Shown here: positions 1 to 9,995 of the stretch, one piece after another
Numbering within the stretch: the first letter of the stretch is position 1
How the letters are laid out: every line of letters starts with the position of its first letter
Program-made: the position numbers and the translations under genes
The notes under the pieces: model-generated
Database searches by the model: none
The model's input: only the letters and a program-made list of their open reading frames with translations
Told to the model about the DNA's origin: nothing
Assembly (NCBI GenBank): GCA_963725665.1
Contig: CAVRZA010000006.1
Location: forward strand, 288,001-352,000
Length of the DNA: 64,000 nucleotides
From: an uncultured Actinomycetes bacterium
GTDB taxonomy: Bacteria > Actinomycetota > Thermoleophilia > UBA2241
Direction: 5' to 3'

Positions 1-1467
1 CAGAGCAAGACCCCCTACGTCGATGCCTTGCTGCGCTACCGCGAGCGCGGATATACCCCCTTTCACACCCCGGGACACAAGCGGGGGAAGGGCGCCCCGG
101 CCAAGCTGCGCGAGGCGCTCGGCGCCGAGGTCCTCGCCGTCGACGTGGCGATGGCCGGCGGGGTCGAGGACACGCGCGAGTCGACGAACCTCGTGCACCA
201 GGCCGAAGAGCTCGCCGCCGAGGCCTGGGGAGCAGAGCGCGCCTGGTTCCTGATCAACGGCTCGACAAGCGGGCTGCACGCGCTCATCCTCACCCTCGCC
301 GGGCCGGACGAGGCCATCATCCTGCCGCGCAACTCGCACAAGGCGGTCATCGCCGCCCTCGTCTTCTCGGGAGCGATGCCCCACTACATCGAGCCCACCA
401 TGGACGACGAGTGGCACATACCGCGTGTCATGCGTCCCGAGGCCGTCGCGCGGGCGGTCAAGGAGCGGCCCGACGCCAAGGCGGTGCTCACGATCTCGCC
501 CAACTACTACGGCATCGGCGCCGACTTGCCGGCGATCAGCGCCGCCGCTCATGGTGCCGGCATGGCCTTCGTCGTCGATCAGGCCTGGGGGCCCCACCTG
601 CGCTTTTGCAGCCATCTCCCCGAGGACGCCATGAGCGCCGGCGCCGACGGAGCGGTGGTCAGCGTGCACAAGCTGATCAGCGGCGTGACGCAATCCTCGC
701 TCCTCCTGGCGCGCAGCGGGCGGCTCAGCCTAGCCCGCCTGGCCAGCGTCGTGAAGATGACCCAGAGCACGAGCCCCCAGGTCCTCATGCTCGTCTCCAT
801 CGACGCCGCGCGCCAGCAGATGGCGACGCAGGGCGAGCGTCTGTGGCACAGCGCGATCGAGCTCGCCGACTGGGTGCGCGGCGAGATACGCGCCATCCCC
901 GGGCTGCGCGTGCTGGGCCGCGAGATCCTCGAGAAAGAAGGGGCGTGGTCGTTCGATCCCACGAGGGTGACCGTGAGCGCCACGGACATCGGCGTGTCGG
1001 GCTACCAGCTCGAGACCGTCCTGCGCGAGGACTACCGCGTCGCGGTCGAGATGGCCGATCCGCTGAACGTGGTCCTCAACGTGACCTACGGCGATTCGCG
1101 CGCTGATGTGCGCCTGCTCGTCGGCGCACTGCGCGACCTCGCCATGCGCTACGTACAGAAGCCGACCGACGCCGAGGCGCTGCGACAGGCTCAGGCGCTG
1201 CGCTTGCCCGCCTTCACGCGGCAGGCCCTCACGCCGCGCGAGGCGTTCTTCGCCCCCAGCGTCGCCCTGCCCGTGACGGAATGCGCCGGCCGCATCTCGG
1301 CCGAGATGGTGACCCCCTACCCGCCGGGGATCCCCGTGCTGGGCCCGGGCGAGGAGATCTCGCAGGAGATCGTGGACTATCTGTCGCTGGGCGCACGCAT
1401 GGGGTTGCACGTGCACGGACCCGAGGACCCGAGCCTGCGCACGCTGCGCGTCGTCGACGGATCCTGA
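1..1467 (+). CDS. Fold-type I PLP-dependent Orn/Lys/Arg decarboxylase (5' end outside window)
   Basis: FHTPGHK, NGSTSG, PRNSHK, SVHK (PLP Lys) and PYPPGIP motifs; frame open from base 1. Confidence 0.9.
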   Translation, partial: QSKTPYVDALLRYRERGYTPFHTPGHKRGKGAPAKLREALGAEVLAVDVAMAGGVEDTRESTNLVHQAEELAAEAWGAERAWFLINGSTSGLHALILTLAGPDEAIILPRNSHKAVIAALVFSGAMPHYIEPTMDDEWHIPRVMRPEAVARAVKERPDAKAVLTISPNYYGIGADLPAISAAAHGAGMAFVVDQAWGPHLRFCSHLPEDAMSAGADGAVVSVHKLISGVTQSSLLLARSGRLSLARLASVVKMTQSTSPQVLMLVSIDAARQQMATQGERLWHSAIELADWVRGEIRAIPGLRVLGREILEKEGAWSFDPTRVTVSATDIGVSGYQLETVLREDYRVAVEMADPLNVVLNVTYGDSRADVRLLVGALRDLAMRYVQKPTDAEALRQAQALRLPAFTRQALTPREAFFAPSVALPVTECAGRISAEMVTPYPPGIPVLGPGEEISQEIVDYLSLGARMGLHVHGPEDPSLRTLRVVDGS

Positions 1468-1534
1468 CGGGTGCGGCGCCGGCCGCCCGGCGCGAGCGGC
1501 CGCTCGCGCCGGGCGGCCGGCGCCGCACCCGTCA
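1465..1534. terminator. Perfect 70-bp palindrome between convergent genes, probable bidirectional terminator
   Basis: 35-bp arms are exact reverse complements with no spacer; begins and ends at the two TGA stop codons. Confidence 0.75.
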
Positions 1535-2068
1535 TCCTTCGATCTTGACCTTGATACCCAACTGTGTGGCGGTGAACAGCGGATCCAGGCCGATCCCCTC
1601 CGCGGTCAGCAGGTCGGCGCCACCCTGCTCGCGATCGACCACGCAGAGGAGACCCTTCACCTCGAGACCGGCCTCGCCGAGACTGCGGATGGCATTCGCG
1701 GCTTGACCGCCCGACGTGACCACATCCTCCACCGCGACGACGCTCTGCCCGCGCTCGAAGCGTCCTTCGAGCAGACGCCTGGTACCGTAGCCCTTCTCCT
1801 CTTTGCGCACGATCACGAAGCGCTTGCCGCACTCGAGCGACATGGCGGCGACCAGCGACACCGCGCCCAACTCAGGCCCGGCGAGCAGGTCGAACGGCTC
1901 GTAGGCCGGCAGCTTGGCGACCAGCGCCCGCGCGATGTCGCGCAAGAGGTCAGGTGCGGTCTCGAAGAGGTACTTGTCGAGGTAGAACTTGCTGCGGCGG
2001 CCGGAGCTCAAGATGAAGTCACCCTCGAGGTAGCTCTCGTCGAGCAGACGTTGCGCCAAGTCGGTCAC
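1532..2068 (-). CDS. pyrE: Orotate phosphoribosyltransferase
   Basis: FILSSGRRSKFYLDK, RKEEKGYG, VEDVVTSG PRPP-binding motif. Confidence 0.93.
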   Translation of the reverse strand: MTDLAQRLLDESYLEGDFILSSGRRSKFYLDKYLFETAPDLLRDIARALVAKLPAYEPFDLLAGPELGAVSLVAAMSLECGKRFVIVRKEEKGYGTRRLLEGRFERGQSVVAVEDVVTSGGQAANAIRSLGEAGLEVKGLLCVVDREQGGADLLTAEGIGLDPLFTATQLGIKVKIEG

Positions 2069-2253
2069 TGCAGGCTCCTTGAGCGTCGTGTCGAAAGCAG
2101 CGGACTGCCGGGGAGGCAGTGCACAGGTCCCCTCACGCCGCCGGCGGCGCGCCCGCCCTTGCTCCTTGCGTCACCCGATGGGCTCGCGCCTACAGCCTAC
2201 CACGGGCAGGATGCCGCCGGAGCGGACGAAAGGTCGTGCGATCGGCGGCGCCT

Positions 2254-3594
2254 TCAGGCGCCGCCGATCGCCAGGCCCTCCATGACGACCGAGGGCGTGA
2301 GGATGCTCCCGCTCGGGATCCAGCGGGCGTCGTCCCCAAGCGCCACGATCCCCCTGAGCATCCCCAGCAGGTCACCGGCGAGCGTCACCTCGCGCACGCC
2401 GCCGGCCAGCCGGCCGTCCTCGATCAGCCGGCCGTTGATGCCCACCGAGAACTCCCCCGAGATGGGGTTCGCTCCCGAGTGCACACCGACGGCGTTGGTG
2501 ACGAGCACGCCGCGTTCGATGCCGGCCACGATGTCCGCGACCGGCGTCGTCGGGCCGGCGACGACCAGGTTGGTGGGGCGCACGGCGGGTAGCGAGGCGT
2601 AGGATCCCCGCACGCCGTTGCCGGTCGAGGGACGGCCGGCCTTGTTGCCCGTGTAGGTGTCGTAGAGGAATCCTTGGAGCACGCCGTTCTCGATCAGCGG
2701 CGTGCGCTGGCTCGGCGTGCCCTCGCCGTCGAACGGGGCGCTGGCGAGACCGTCGGGGCGGAGCGCGTCGTCGACGAGGCCGAAGGCCTCGCCCGCGACG
2801 CGCTCCCCCTCCAGGGAGGCGAACAGCGACCTTCCCTTCTGCACGGCCTCGGCGGTCAGCGCGGAGCTGAGCACGCCCAGGAACGACGCGGCCACGAACG
2901 GGTCGAGCACCACGGTCGCTTTCATCGAAGGGCACTTGCGCGCGCCGAGCAGGTCGACGGCACGCTGCGCCGCTTCACGACCGCACCCTTGCGCATCGAG
3001 CTGGGCCAGGTCGCGGCCGACCGAGAAGGAGAGGCCGGTTTCGACCTGCCCGTCCTGCTCCGCGAGGACGTAGGCGAACACATAGGCGTCGTTTTCGCGG
3101 TAGCTCCCGTGCACGCCGCTCGAGCTGGCGAGAAATATCTCGGCCTCGCCGTCGGCGTAGACGGTGTCCTCGACGAGCTTCACGCGCGGGTCGAAGTCGA
3201 GGGCCGCCTTCTCGACGCGCAGCGCAAGGTCGATCTTCTCGTCCTCGCTGCGCCCCTCGAGCCGTGGGTCGTGCACCGAGACGGCGGGCGGCGCCTCTTG
3301 GGGCTCGGGCAGGCGTGCGAAAGGGTCGCTGTCAGTGACGGAGGCGTTGCCGACGGCACGCTCGACCAGCTCCTCCAGGGCGCGCGGCGACGTGTCCGAA
3401 GAGTAAGCGTGCCCGACCTTCCCCTCCTGGAAGACGCGCAGGCCGACGCCCTTGCGGCTCGCCGCCGTGAGCTCCTCCACCTCCTGCTTGAACACCTTGA
3501 TGCGGCGCGTCGTGGCGCGTTCGGCGAACGCCTCGGCGCCCTGCGCGCCACGTCGCGCCGCCTTGCGCAGGACCTCATCGACGACGTCGAACAT
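2254..3594 (-). CDS. pmbA: PmbA/TldE family protein
   Basis: FDGEG and STGNG motifs, adjacent to tldD; ATG overlaps the tldD stop. Confidence 0.88.
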   Translation of the reverse strand: MFDVVDEVLRKAARRGAQGAEAFAERATTRRIKVFKQEVEELTAASRKGVGLRVFQEGKVGHAYSSDTSPRALEELVERAVGNASVTDSDPFARLPEPQEAPPAVSVHDPRLEGRSEDEKIDLALRVEKAALDFDPRVKLVEDTVYADGEAEIFLASSSGVHGSYRENDAYVFAYVLAEQDGQVETGLSFSVGRDLAQLDAQGCGREAAQRAVDLLGARKCPSMKATVVLDPFVAASFLGVLSSALTAEAVQKGRSLFASLEGERVAGEAFGLVDDALRPDGLASAPFDGEGTPSQRTPLIENGVLQGFLYDTYTGNKAGRPSTGNGVRGSYASLPAVRPTNLVVAGPTTPVADIVAGIERGVLVTNAVGVHSGANPISGEFSVGINGRLIEDGRLAGGVREVTLAGDLLGMLRGIVALGDDARWIPSGSILTPSVVMEGLAIGGA

Positions 3595-5000
3595 CAGCCC
3601 GTGCCCCCCACCGTCATGCGCTTGATCCGCAGCGTGGGCTGCCCCGTGCCTACGGGCACCGACTGGCCGTCCTTGCCGCACATGCCCGATTTCACCAAGA
3701 AGTCGTCGCCGGCGATCATGTCGATGTTCTGCAGCACCTCGATGCCGTTGCCGACAAGGGTCGCGCCCCGCAGCGGCTTCGTCACGACGCCGTTCTCGAT
3801 CAGGTACCCCTCGGCCACGCCGAAGACGAAGTTGCCGCTTGCCGGCTCGACCTGGCCGCCGGCGAGGCTCTTCGCGTAGAAGCCGCGCTCGGTCTCGGCG
3901 ATGATCTCCTGCTCGCTGGAGGAGCCCTCGGCGATGAAGGTCGTCGTCATGCGCGGGATGGGGACGTGGCGGAACGACTGGCGACGGCCGTTGCCCGTCG
4001 AGGCTGCTCCGGCTTGGCGCGCGCGCAGCCTGTCGTAGAGATACTGGCGCAGGCGGCCCTCCTCGATAAGGAGCGTCCTCTGCGTCGGCACCCCTTCGTC
4101 GTCGAAAGCGCCCGAGCCCCACTCGTTGGTGATGCTGCCGTCGTCGTAGGCGCTCACGATCGGGGCGGCGACGACGTCGCCGAGGCGGCCGGAATAGATG
4201 CTCGCCCCTTTGGCTATAGCGTCGGCCTCGAGGCCGTGCCCGCAGGCCTCGTGGAAGAGCGTGCCACCGAAGCCGTTCGCCATGACGACCGGCATCGGGC
4301 CGGCAGGCGACGGCTCGGCGGCGAGCATGACCAGCGCCTTCTCGGCGGCCCGCCGGCCGATCTCCTGCGCGATGCGCTCGTCGACGAGCTCGAAGCCCAT
4401 GCTCTTGCCGAGGCTCTCGTACCCGGTCTGGATGATACCGTCACGGCGAGCCACGACGGTGGCGACGAGGCGCAGCCGCGTGCGGTCGTCGCGCACCAGC
4501 TCGCCCTCCGAGTTCGCTATGAGAATGACCTGGCGACCTTCACTGTACCCGACGATGACCTGGGTCACCTCGTCGCCCTGGGCGCGCGCGCCTTCGTCAC
4601 CAGCGCGCAGCAGCTCGCTCTTGGTCTTGATGGTGACGGTCTCGGGGGGCACCTTCAGAGGGTGCCGGCCGGTGTCGCGCCGCACGTCGCCGAGCGGCGC
4701 GATACCGGCCGTCACCCCGCCTCCGTCACGCATGGCGGCGGCGACGGAGTCGGCGGCGGCCAGCAGGTTCTGCTCGTTCACCTCGTCGGTATGCGCGTAG
4801 TAGGTACGCTCGCCGCTGTTGAGACGCACGGCGGCGCCGAACTCGTGACCCCCCGAGGCGTCCTCGACCTTGCCGTCCTCGAGCCGCAGGCCCAGGCTTG
4901 TGCGGTCCTCGACGAACACCTCGGCGAAGTCGCCGCCCCGTCTCAGCGCCCGCGCGACGGTCGCCCGCAGGAGTCCTATGTCTACCTCATCGACGCCCAT
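3594..5000 (-). CDS. tldD: TldD metalloprotease
   Basis: HEACGHGLEAD, FDDEG, PRMT, CGKDGQSVPV. Confidence 0.93.
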   Translation of the reverse strand: MGVDEVDIGLLRATVARALRRGGDFAEVFVEDRTSLGLRLEDGKVEDASGGHEFGAAVRLNSGERTYYAHTDEVNEQNLLAAADSVAAAMRDGGGVTAGIAPLGDVRRDTGRHPLKVPPETVTIKTKSELLRAGDEGARAQGDEVTQVIVGYSEGRQVILIANSEGELVRDDRTRLRLVATVVARRDGIIQTGYESLGKSMGFELVDERIAQEIGRRAAEKALVMLAAEPSPAGPMPVVMANGFGGTLFHEACGHGLEADAIAKGASIYSGRLGDVVAAPIVSAYDDGSITNEWGSGAFDDEGVPTQRTLLIEEGRLRQYLYDRLRARQAGAASTGNGRRQSFRHVPIPRMTTTFIAEGSSSEQEIIAETERGFYAKSLAGGQVEPASGNFVFGVAEGYLIENGVVTKPLRGATLVGNGIEVLQNIDMIAGDDFLVKSGMCGKDGQSVPVGTGQPTLRIKRMTVGGTG

Positions 5001-5163
5001 GCTCACCGTCCAGCTAGTCCGCCGGGCGCGCCCCCACGCCGGCCACACAGACGGGAGCAAAGGTCGTCGGCGGAGGCGCAGGGCAGCCCGCAGGCAACTG
5101 TATCACCTGCCTCGGGGGGTCTCGGGTCGCCCGCCGTTGGCCGTGATCGGCGGCCGCAGAAGG

Positions 5164-5859
5164 TCAGCCGACGGTGAAGCTCAGACGACAGGCGGATGCG
5201 CCGCGGCTGATCGAGGCATCGTCGACGACGTGCACGTCACGCACCCGGCCGACGACCGCGTCGACCAGGCCCTCGAAGAAGGCGTGATGCATCGGGCACA
5301 CCAAGTCGGGACGCAGCGCCGCGATCTCCTTGAAGACGCAGTTGCGCACCCGCACGTCGAGCTCGTCGCCATCCCAGCGGACCTCGGGCAGAAGACCCTG
5401 CTGCTCGGCCACCCTGCGCACGAGGTCGGCTGAGCTCTTCTTGCCGGAGCCTTTCGGCTTGCCCTGCTCCGCGACATAACGGCGACCTTCGGCGCGTCCG
5501 GCGTCGCGGCAGATGCCCAGCACGTCGTCGTCCGAGCCTCGCTGCGCGAGCGCCGTCAGCGCGAGGCTGGAGAGGAGGTCGTACCGCCGCGGAGGCACGT
5601 CGAAGGACGAGACCTGGCCACTCAGCCTGTAGAGGCGAGCCGGCCGGCCGCCGCCCTTCGTCTTGCGCAGACCCGTCGCCAGCAATCCGGCCTGTTCGAG
5701 CTTGCCCAAGTGCATGCGCGCCACGTTGGGATGCAGGCCGAACTGCTGCGCCACCTCGGCGACTGTGACGACGTCGTGCGGCTGCTCCGCGATCGAGCGG
5801 TAGATCCTATAGCGGGTCTCGTCGGCGAGAACGACCGACAACTGATGCTCGCGCTCCAC
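5164..5859 (-). CDS. ArsR/SufR-like HTH regulator with C-terminal Cys motif
   Basis: HPNVARMHL..L, GRP..LY, NCVF...LVC..H. Confidence 0.8.
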   Translation of the reverse strand: MEREHQLSVVLADETRYRIYRSIAEQPHDVVTVAEVAQQFGLHPNVARMHLGKLEQAGLLATGLRKTKGGGRPARLYRLSGQVSSFDVPPRRYDLLSSLALTALAQRGSDDDVLGICRDAGRAEGRRYVAEQGKPKGSGKKSSADLVRRVAEQQGLLPEVRWDGDELDVRVRNCVFKEIAALRPDLVCPMHHAFFEGLVDAVVGRVRDVHVVDDASISRGASACRLSFTVG

Positions 5860-6061
5860 AGTACCTCCCTGCGACGATCATAGAACAGGGGCTGGCGCGG
5901 TGTAAACATCGTTCTCCTAGTGCGAAAACACTAAAGGCCCTGATAGACTGCGTGATCGGCGCGGCGGCTCCGAGCCGTCACGCGAGACCGAGAGTGCTGA
6001 TGATCGACACATCCACTCGCCCCGCTCACCGGCCGCAGGCCGCGACCGGTAGCGAACCACG

Positions 6062-6910
6062 ATGACGGTCCTCCAGGCGATCATCCTGGGCATCGTGCAG
6101 GGCGTCACGGAGTTCGTGCCCATCTCGAGCTCCGGCCATCTGATCGTCGTCCCCTGGGCCTTCGGGTGGACGTTCTTCCTCGACCACCCCGACCTCAACA
6201 AGACCTTCGACGTGGCCCTCCACCTGGGCACCTTCATCGCCGTACTCGCCTTCTTCTGGCGCGACGTACTGCGCCTTCTGGCCGCCTTCTTCCGCAGCCT
6301 CGCCAGGCGTCGCGCAGAGACGGCCGAGGAGAGGCTCGCCTGGCTTCTCCTCCTCAGCACCATCCCGGCGGGCCTCGTCGGCGTGGCCTTCGAGGGGTTC
6401 ATCGAGGAACGGCTGGGCAAGCCGCTGCTCATCGCCTTCCTCATCATCGGCTTCGGAGTCGTCATGTGGCTGGTCGACATGCGCGCCGCGCAGACTCGTC
6501 ACCTCGACGGGTTGCGCTGGCTCGATGCGCTGCTGATCGGCGTCGCTCAGGCCGTCGCCCTGGCCCCCGGTGTCTCGCGGTCGGGCATCACCATGATCAC
6601 CGCCCGTGCCCTGTCGGTCGACCGCGAGTCCTCGGCGCGTTACTCGTTCCTCATGTCGATCCCCGTGATCGGCGGCGCCGCCCTCTACAAGGCGCTCGAG
6701 GTGGCGCGCGACGGCCTGCCAGCCGGTACGGCGCAGCCCTTCTTCTGGGGCATGGTGAGCGCCGCCATCTCGGGCTTCGCCGCCGTGTGGTTCATGCTCG
6801 CCTACCTGCGCAGCCACGACTTCCGGCCCTTCGCCGTCTACCGCTTCGTCGTCGGTGCGGCGATCATCGTCGTTGTCATAGCTGGGCTGCGACACGCCGG
6901 CGGCATCTAG
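6062..6910 (+). CDS. uppP: Undecaprenyl-diphosphate phosphatase
   Basis: QGVTEFVPISSSGHL and PGVSRSG motifs; hydrophobic. Confidence 0.95.
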   Translation: MTVLQAIILGIVQGVTEFVPISSSGHLIVVPWAFGWTFFLDHPDLNKTFDVALHLGTFIAVLAFFWRDVLRLLAAFFRSLARRRAETAEERLAWLLLLSTIPAGLVGVAFEGFIEERLGKPLLIAFLIIGFGVVMWLVDMRAAQTRHLDGLRWLDALLIGVAQAVALAPGVSRSGITMITARALSVDRESSARYSFLMSIPVIGGAALYKALEVARDGLPAGTAQPFFWGMVSAAISGFAAVWFMLAYLRSHDFRPFAVYRFVVGAAIIVVVIAGLRHAGGI

Positions 6911-7134
6911 CCGCACGGGGATCCCGCCCGCGACAGTGACACCGCCACGGCCGCCGTCGCGTGCGCGAGCGTGACGGCCGACCGCACCGGAGCCTGCCGC
7001 TGAGAGTCCACCTCCGACCGTCTCACCGGCGCTGCTATTACCCCCCGTAAGGCGACGTAACAAGACCGCTCACCTTCAGGCGAAGCGGGCTTATACTGAC
7101 GGCCTGCGAGCACGCCCGAGGGAAGCTGGTCTTC

Positions 7135-8199
7135 ATGCGCACGCTCAAGCTGGGAGATCGCGGCAAAGAGGTCGCCGACGTGCAGACCCGCCTGCACGGG
7201 CTCGGCTTCGAGCTCGGGGGCGAGGGAGCCGACGGCTATCTCGGGCCCAAGACGGTGGCCGCTCTGAAGGCCTTCCAGCAGCAGCGGCTGCTCCTGGTCG
7301 ACGGCGTGCTGGGAGCGAACACCTGGAGAGAGCTCGTCGAAGCGGGCTACGGCTTGGGCGAACGGCTGCTGTACCTGCGCGTGCCCAACTTCCGCGGCGA
7401 TGACGTGCTGGCGTTGCAGGTCAAGCTCAACCTGCTCGGCTTCAACGCCGGTCCCGAGCGCGGTATCTTCGACGACGAGGTCGAGCACGCGGTCATCGAG
7501 TTCCAGCGCAACGCCGGGCTGCCGCCCGACGGTTCCGTTGGTGAGAACACGTTGCGCACCCTGGACGTGCTGCGCAAGGGCGAGAGGGGCCGTGAGGGCA
7601 AGAAGATCCCCGACCGCGATGAGGGCTACGTCCCCCGGGGCGTCTTGGCCGGCAAGCTCGTGGTGCTCGATGCGGGACACGGCGGGCGGGACGAGGGGGC
7701 GGTCTCGCCCTCAGGGCTCAGGGAGAAGGACATCACACTCGCGCTCGCCCTGAGACTGACAGAGCTCCTGCGGGCCGAGGGCTGCCGGGTAGTGCTGACT
7801 CGCACCACGGACGAGTGGGTGCCGATGTACGACCGCCCCGAGAAGGCCGACGCGGTTGGAGCGGAGTACTTCATCTCCCTGCACGCGAACGCGAACGTCG
7901 CTCCCGAGGCGGCCGGCGCCGCCTGTTACTTCTTCCAGCGCAACCACTACTATTCGGAGAAGGGTGAGCGCCTGGCCGACTACCTGGGCGACCGTCTCTC
8001 GGAGGCCGGCGTGCGCTTCCTGGGCAGCTTCGGACGCAACTACGCCATGCTGCGCGAGCCGCAGGCGATCGCGGTGCTCGTAGAGCCGCTCTTCCTCACC
8101 AACCGCGAGGAGGAGGCGGCCGCTAAGCGCCCAGACGGCATCGAGCGCCTGGCGGTCGCGCTCCTGGCCGGCCTCGAGGGCTACGTAGGCCGCGCCTGA
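7135..8199 (+). CDS. N-acetylmuramoyl-L-alanine amidase with two peptidoglycan-binding domains (CwlM-like)
   Basis: Two PG_binding_1-type repeats (GD.G..V..Q..L; FQ...GL..DG), then LDAGHGG, EKD, SLHAN. Confidence 0.88.
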   Translation: MRTLKLGDRGKEVADVQTRLHGLGFELGGEGADGYLGPKTVAALKAFQQQRLLLVDGVLGANTWRELVEAGYGLGERLLYLRVPNFRGDDVLALQVKLNLLGFNAGPERGIFDDEVEHAVIEFQRNAGLPPDGSVGENTLRTLDVLRKGERGREGKKIPDRDEGYVPRGVLAGKLVVLDAGHGGRDEGAVSPSGLREKDITLALALRLTELLRAEGCRVVLTRTTDEWVPMYDRPEKADAVGAEYFISLHANANVAPEAAGAACYFFQRNHYYSEKGERLADYLGDRLSEAGVRFLGSFGRNYAMLREPQAIAVLVEPLFLTNREEEAAAKRPDGIERLAVALLAGLEGYVGRA

Positions 8200-8211
8200 G
8201 CCTCCGTCGCT

Positions 8212-9084
8212 GTGAACGACCAGACCGAAGAGCAGGGACGCGGCGTCGGCTTCACCGTCACGCAGGCGCAGCGGCTGCGCGAGCTGGGGGCCGGCGAAGC
8301 GCAGCTTTCGCTGCGCTTCGCCGGCCCGCCCGACCGCGACGCCGCCTTCAAAGCGCTCGAGAACGAGCTCACGCGGGCGGGGCGCCGGCGGCTCGCCGCG
8401 CTGCGCGAGGCGGGGCGCCGGCGCCCCGCCCTGTCGGAGCTCGCAGAGACGCTCGCCGCGCGCGTGCGCGAACTCGGCTTCGTGCAGGTGGTCACACCGG
8501 CGATCATCACGCGCGACGCCCTGCGGCGCATGGGCATCGGCGCCGGGCATCCTCTCGCCGAGCAGGTCTTCTGGCTCGAGGGCGAGCGCTGCTTGAGGCC
8601 CATGCTGGCGCCCAACCTCTACACACTCTGGCGCCGCCTCGCGCGCGTGTGGCCGCTGCCGTTCGGGATCTTTGAGATCGGCTCTTGCTTCCGCATGGAC
8701 ACGAAGGGCAGCACGCATCTGAACGAGTTCACGATGATGAACCTGGCCGAGCTAGGCACGCCGCTCGCGCGCCGTCAGGAGCGCATCCGCGAGCTGGCCC
8801 ACGCCGTGATGCAGGCGGCGGCCGTCGGCGACTACGACCTCGTCGAGAAGGAGTCGGAGGTCTACGGCGACACCCTCGACGTGCTCGCCGGGTCGGCCCG
8901 GCTCGAGGTCTGCTCGGCGGCGATGGGGCCGCACCCACTCGACGAGGCGTGGGGCATCGTCGATCCCTGGGTCGGACTCGGCTTCGGTCTCGAGCGCTTG
9001 CTCCTCGCGCGCGAGGACGAGACCACGATCGAGCGCGTAGGGCGCAGCCTGAGCTACCTCGACGGCGTGCGCCTCAACCTGTAG
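8212..9084 (+). CDS. pylSc: Pyrrolysyl-tRNA synthetase catalytic subunit (bacterial split type)
   Basis: TQAQRLREL N-terminus, CLRPMLAPNLY, HLNEFTMMN, YGDTLD, WVGLGFGLERLL, SLSYLDGVRLN. Confidence 0.96.
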   Translation: MNDQTEEQGRGVGFTVTQAQRLRELGAGEAQLSLRFAGPPDRDAAFKALENELTRAGRRRLAALREAGRRRPALSELAETLAARVRELGFVQVVTPAIITRDALRRMGIGAGHPLAEQVFWLEGERCLRPMLAPNLYTLWRRLARVWPLPFGIFEIGSCFRMDTKGSTHLNEFTMMNLAELGTPLARRQERIRELAHAVMQAAAVGDYDLVEKESEVYGDTLDVLAGSARLEVCSAAMGPHPLDEAWGIVDPWVGLGFGLERLLLAREDETTIERVGRSLSYLDGVRLNL

Positions 9085-9085
9085 C

Positions 9086-9124
9086 GCGAGCGGGCGGCCC
9101 GCCTGCGGCGGGCCGCCCGCTCGC
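9086..9124. terminator. 18-bp inverted repeat between convergent pylSc and corrinoid gene
   Basis: gcgagcgggcggcccgcc-tgc-ggcgggccgcccgctcgc. Confidence 0.7.
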
Positions 9125-9143
9125 CTGTCTCGACGAAGCTTCC

Positions 9144-9788
9144 CTACGCGCCGACGAGCTCCGTAATCTTCTTGACGCCGTCGTTGGCGTCCTCGGCGTA
9201 GGCGTCGGCGCCGATCTGGTCCGCCCACCGCTGCGTTGCCGGGGCTCCACCGACGACGACCTTGTACTTGTCGCGCAAGCCGCGCTCGAGCAGGACCTTG
9301 ATGAGCTTCTTCTGTTCCTCCATGGTGGTGGTGAGAAGCGCGCTCATGCCGATCACGTTTGCGCCGGTCTCCTCGGCCTTGCCGATGAAGGTGTCGATCG
9401 ATGCGTCGCGACCGACGTCGAAGACCTCGTAGCCGTGCGCCTTGAGGTAGGCGATGACGATCGCCTTGCCGATGTCGTGCACGTCGCCCTGCACGGTGCC
9501 GATCACGACCCTGCCCTTGGCCGCACCCGAAGCGCTCCCGAGAGCCTCGTTGCAGATGCGTGTGGCCGCGTCCATGGCCTGGGCGGAGAGCATGAGCTCG
9601 GGAAGGAACATCTCGCCGCTCTCGAACATCTCGCCGACCTCGCTGATGCCGGCGATGAAGCCGTCGTTCATGACCTCGGCGGGCGCCATACCGGCGGCGA
9701 TGGCGTCCTTCGCCACCTGAGCCGCCTTGTCGGCATCGGCGTTGACGATCGCATCGATCGCCTCGCGGACCATCTCGTCCTTCGTCAT
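9144..9788 (-). CDS. Methyltransferase cognate corrinoid protein (MttC/MtbC-like)
   Basis: Cap domain FLPELM, GTVQGDVHDIGK cobamide motif, SALLTTT, VGGAP. Confidence 0.93.
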   Translation of the reverse strand: MTKDEMVREAIDAIVNADADKAAQVAKDAIAAGMAPAEVMNDGFIAGISEVGEMFESGEMFLPELMLSAQAMDAATRICNEALGSASGAAKGRVVIGTVQGDVHDIGKAIVIAYLKAHGYEVFDVGRDASIDTFIGKAEETGANVIGMSALLTTTMEEQKKLIKVLLERGLRDKYKVVVGGAPATQRWADQIGADAYAEDANDGVKKITELVGA

Positions 9789-9995
9789 CCTTCGACTCCT
9801 TCTCGACGTCGACCTCGGTCCCCCTACCGCAGGGCCGGCCGGACGCGCCTGTGACGCGTCGCCGGCGACGATCCTCCCACCGGACGACCAGGCAGGATCT
9901 GCTGCTGGAAGATCCCGCCTAGTATACCGAACGGCTCGCCCCAAGAACGACAGCGGTCGGAGCCCGACTCGAGCCTGTGGTAGAGTCTCCGAGCC

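Noticed and set aside
2254-4122. 622-aa extended PmbA, and similar long N-terminal extensions (14453, 16641, 24904, 43006)
   Set aside because: The extensions are low-complexity translations of upstream genes or intergenic DNA; family homology starts at internal start codons
6911-7134. Riboswitch or ncRNA upstream of amidase-pylSc
   Set aside because: No recognisable conserved motif; only a TATACT -10-like hexamer near 7092
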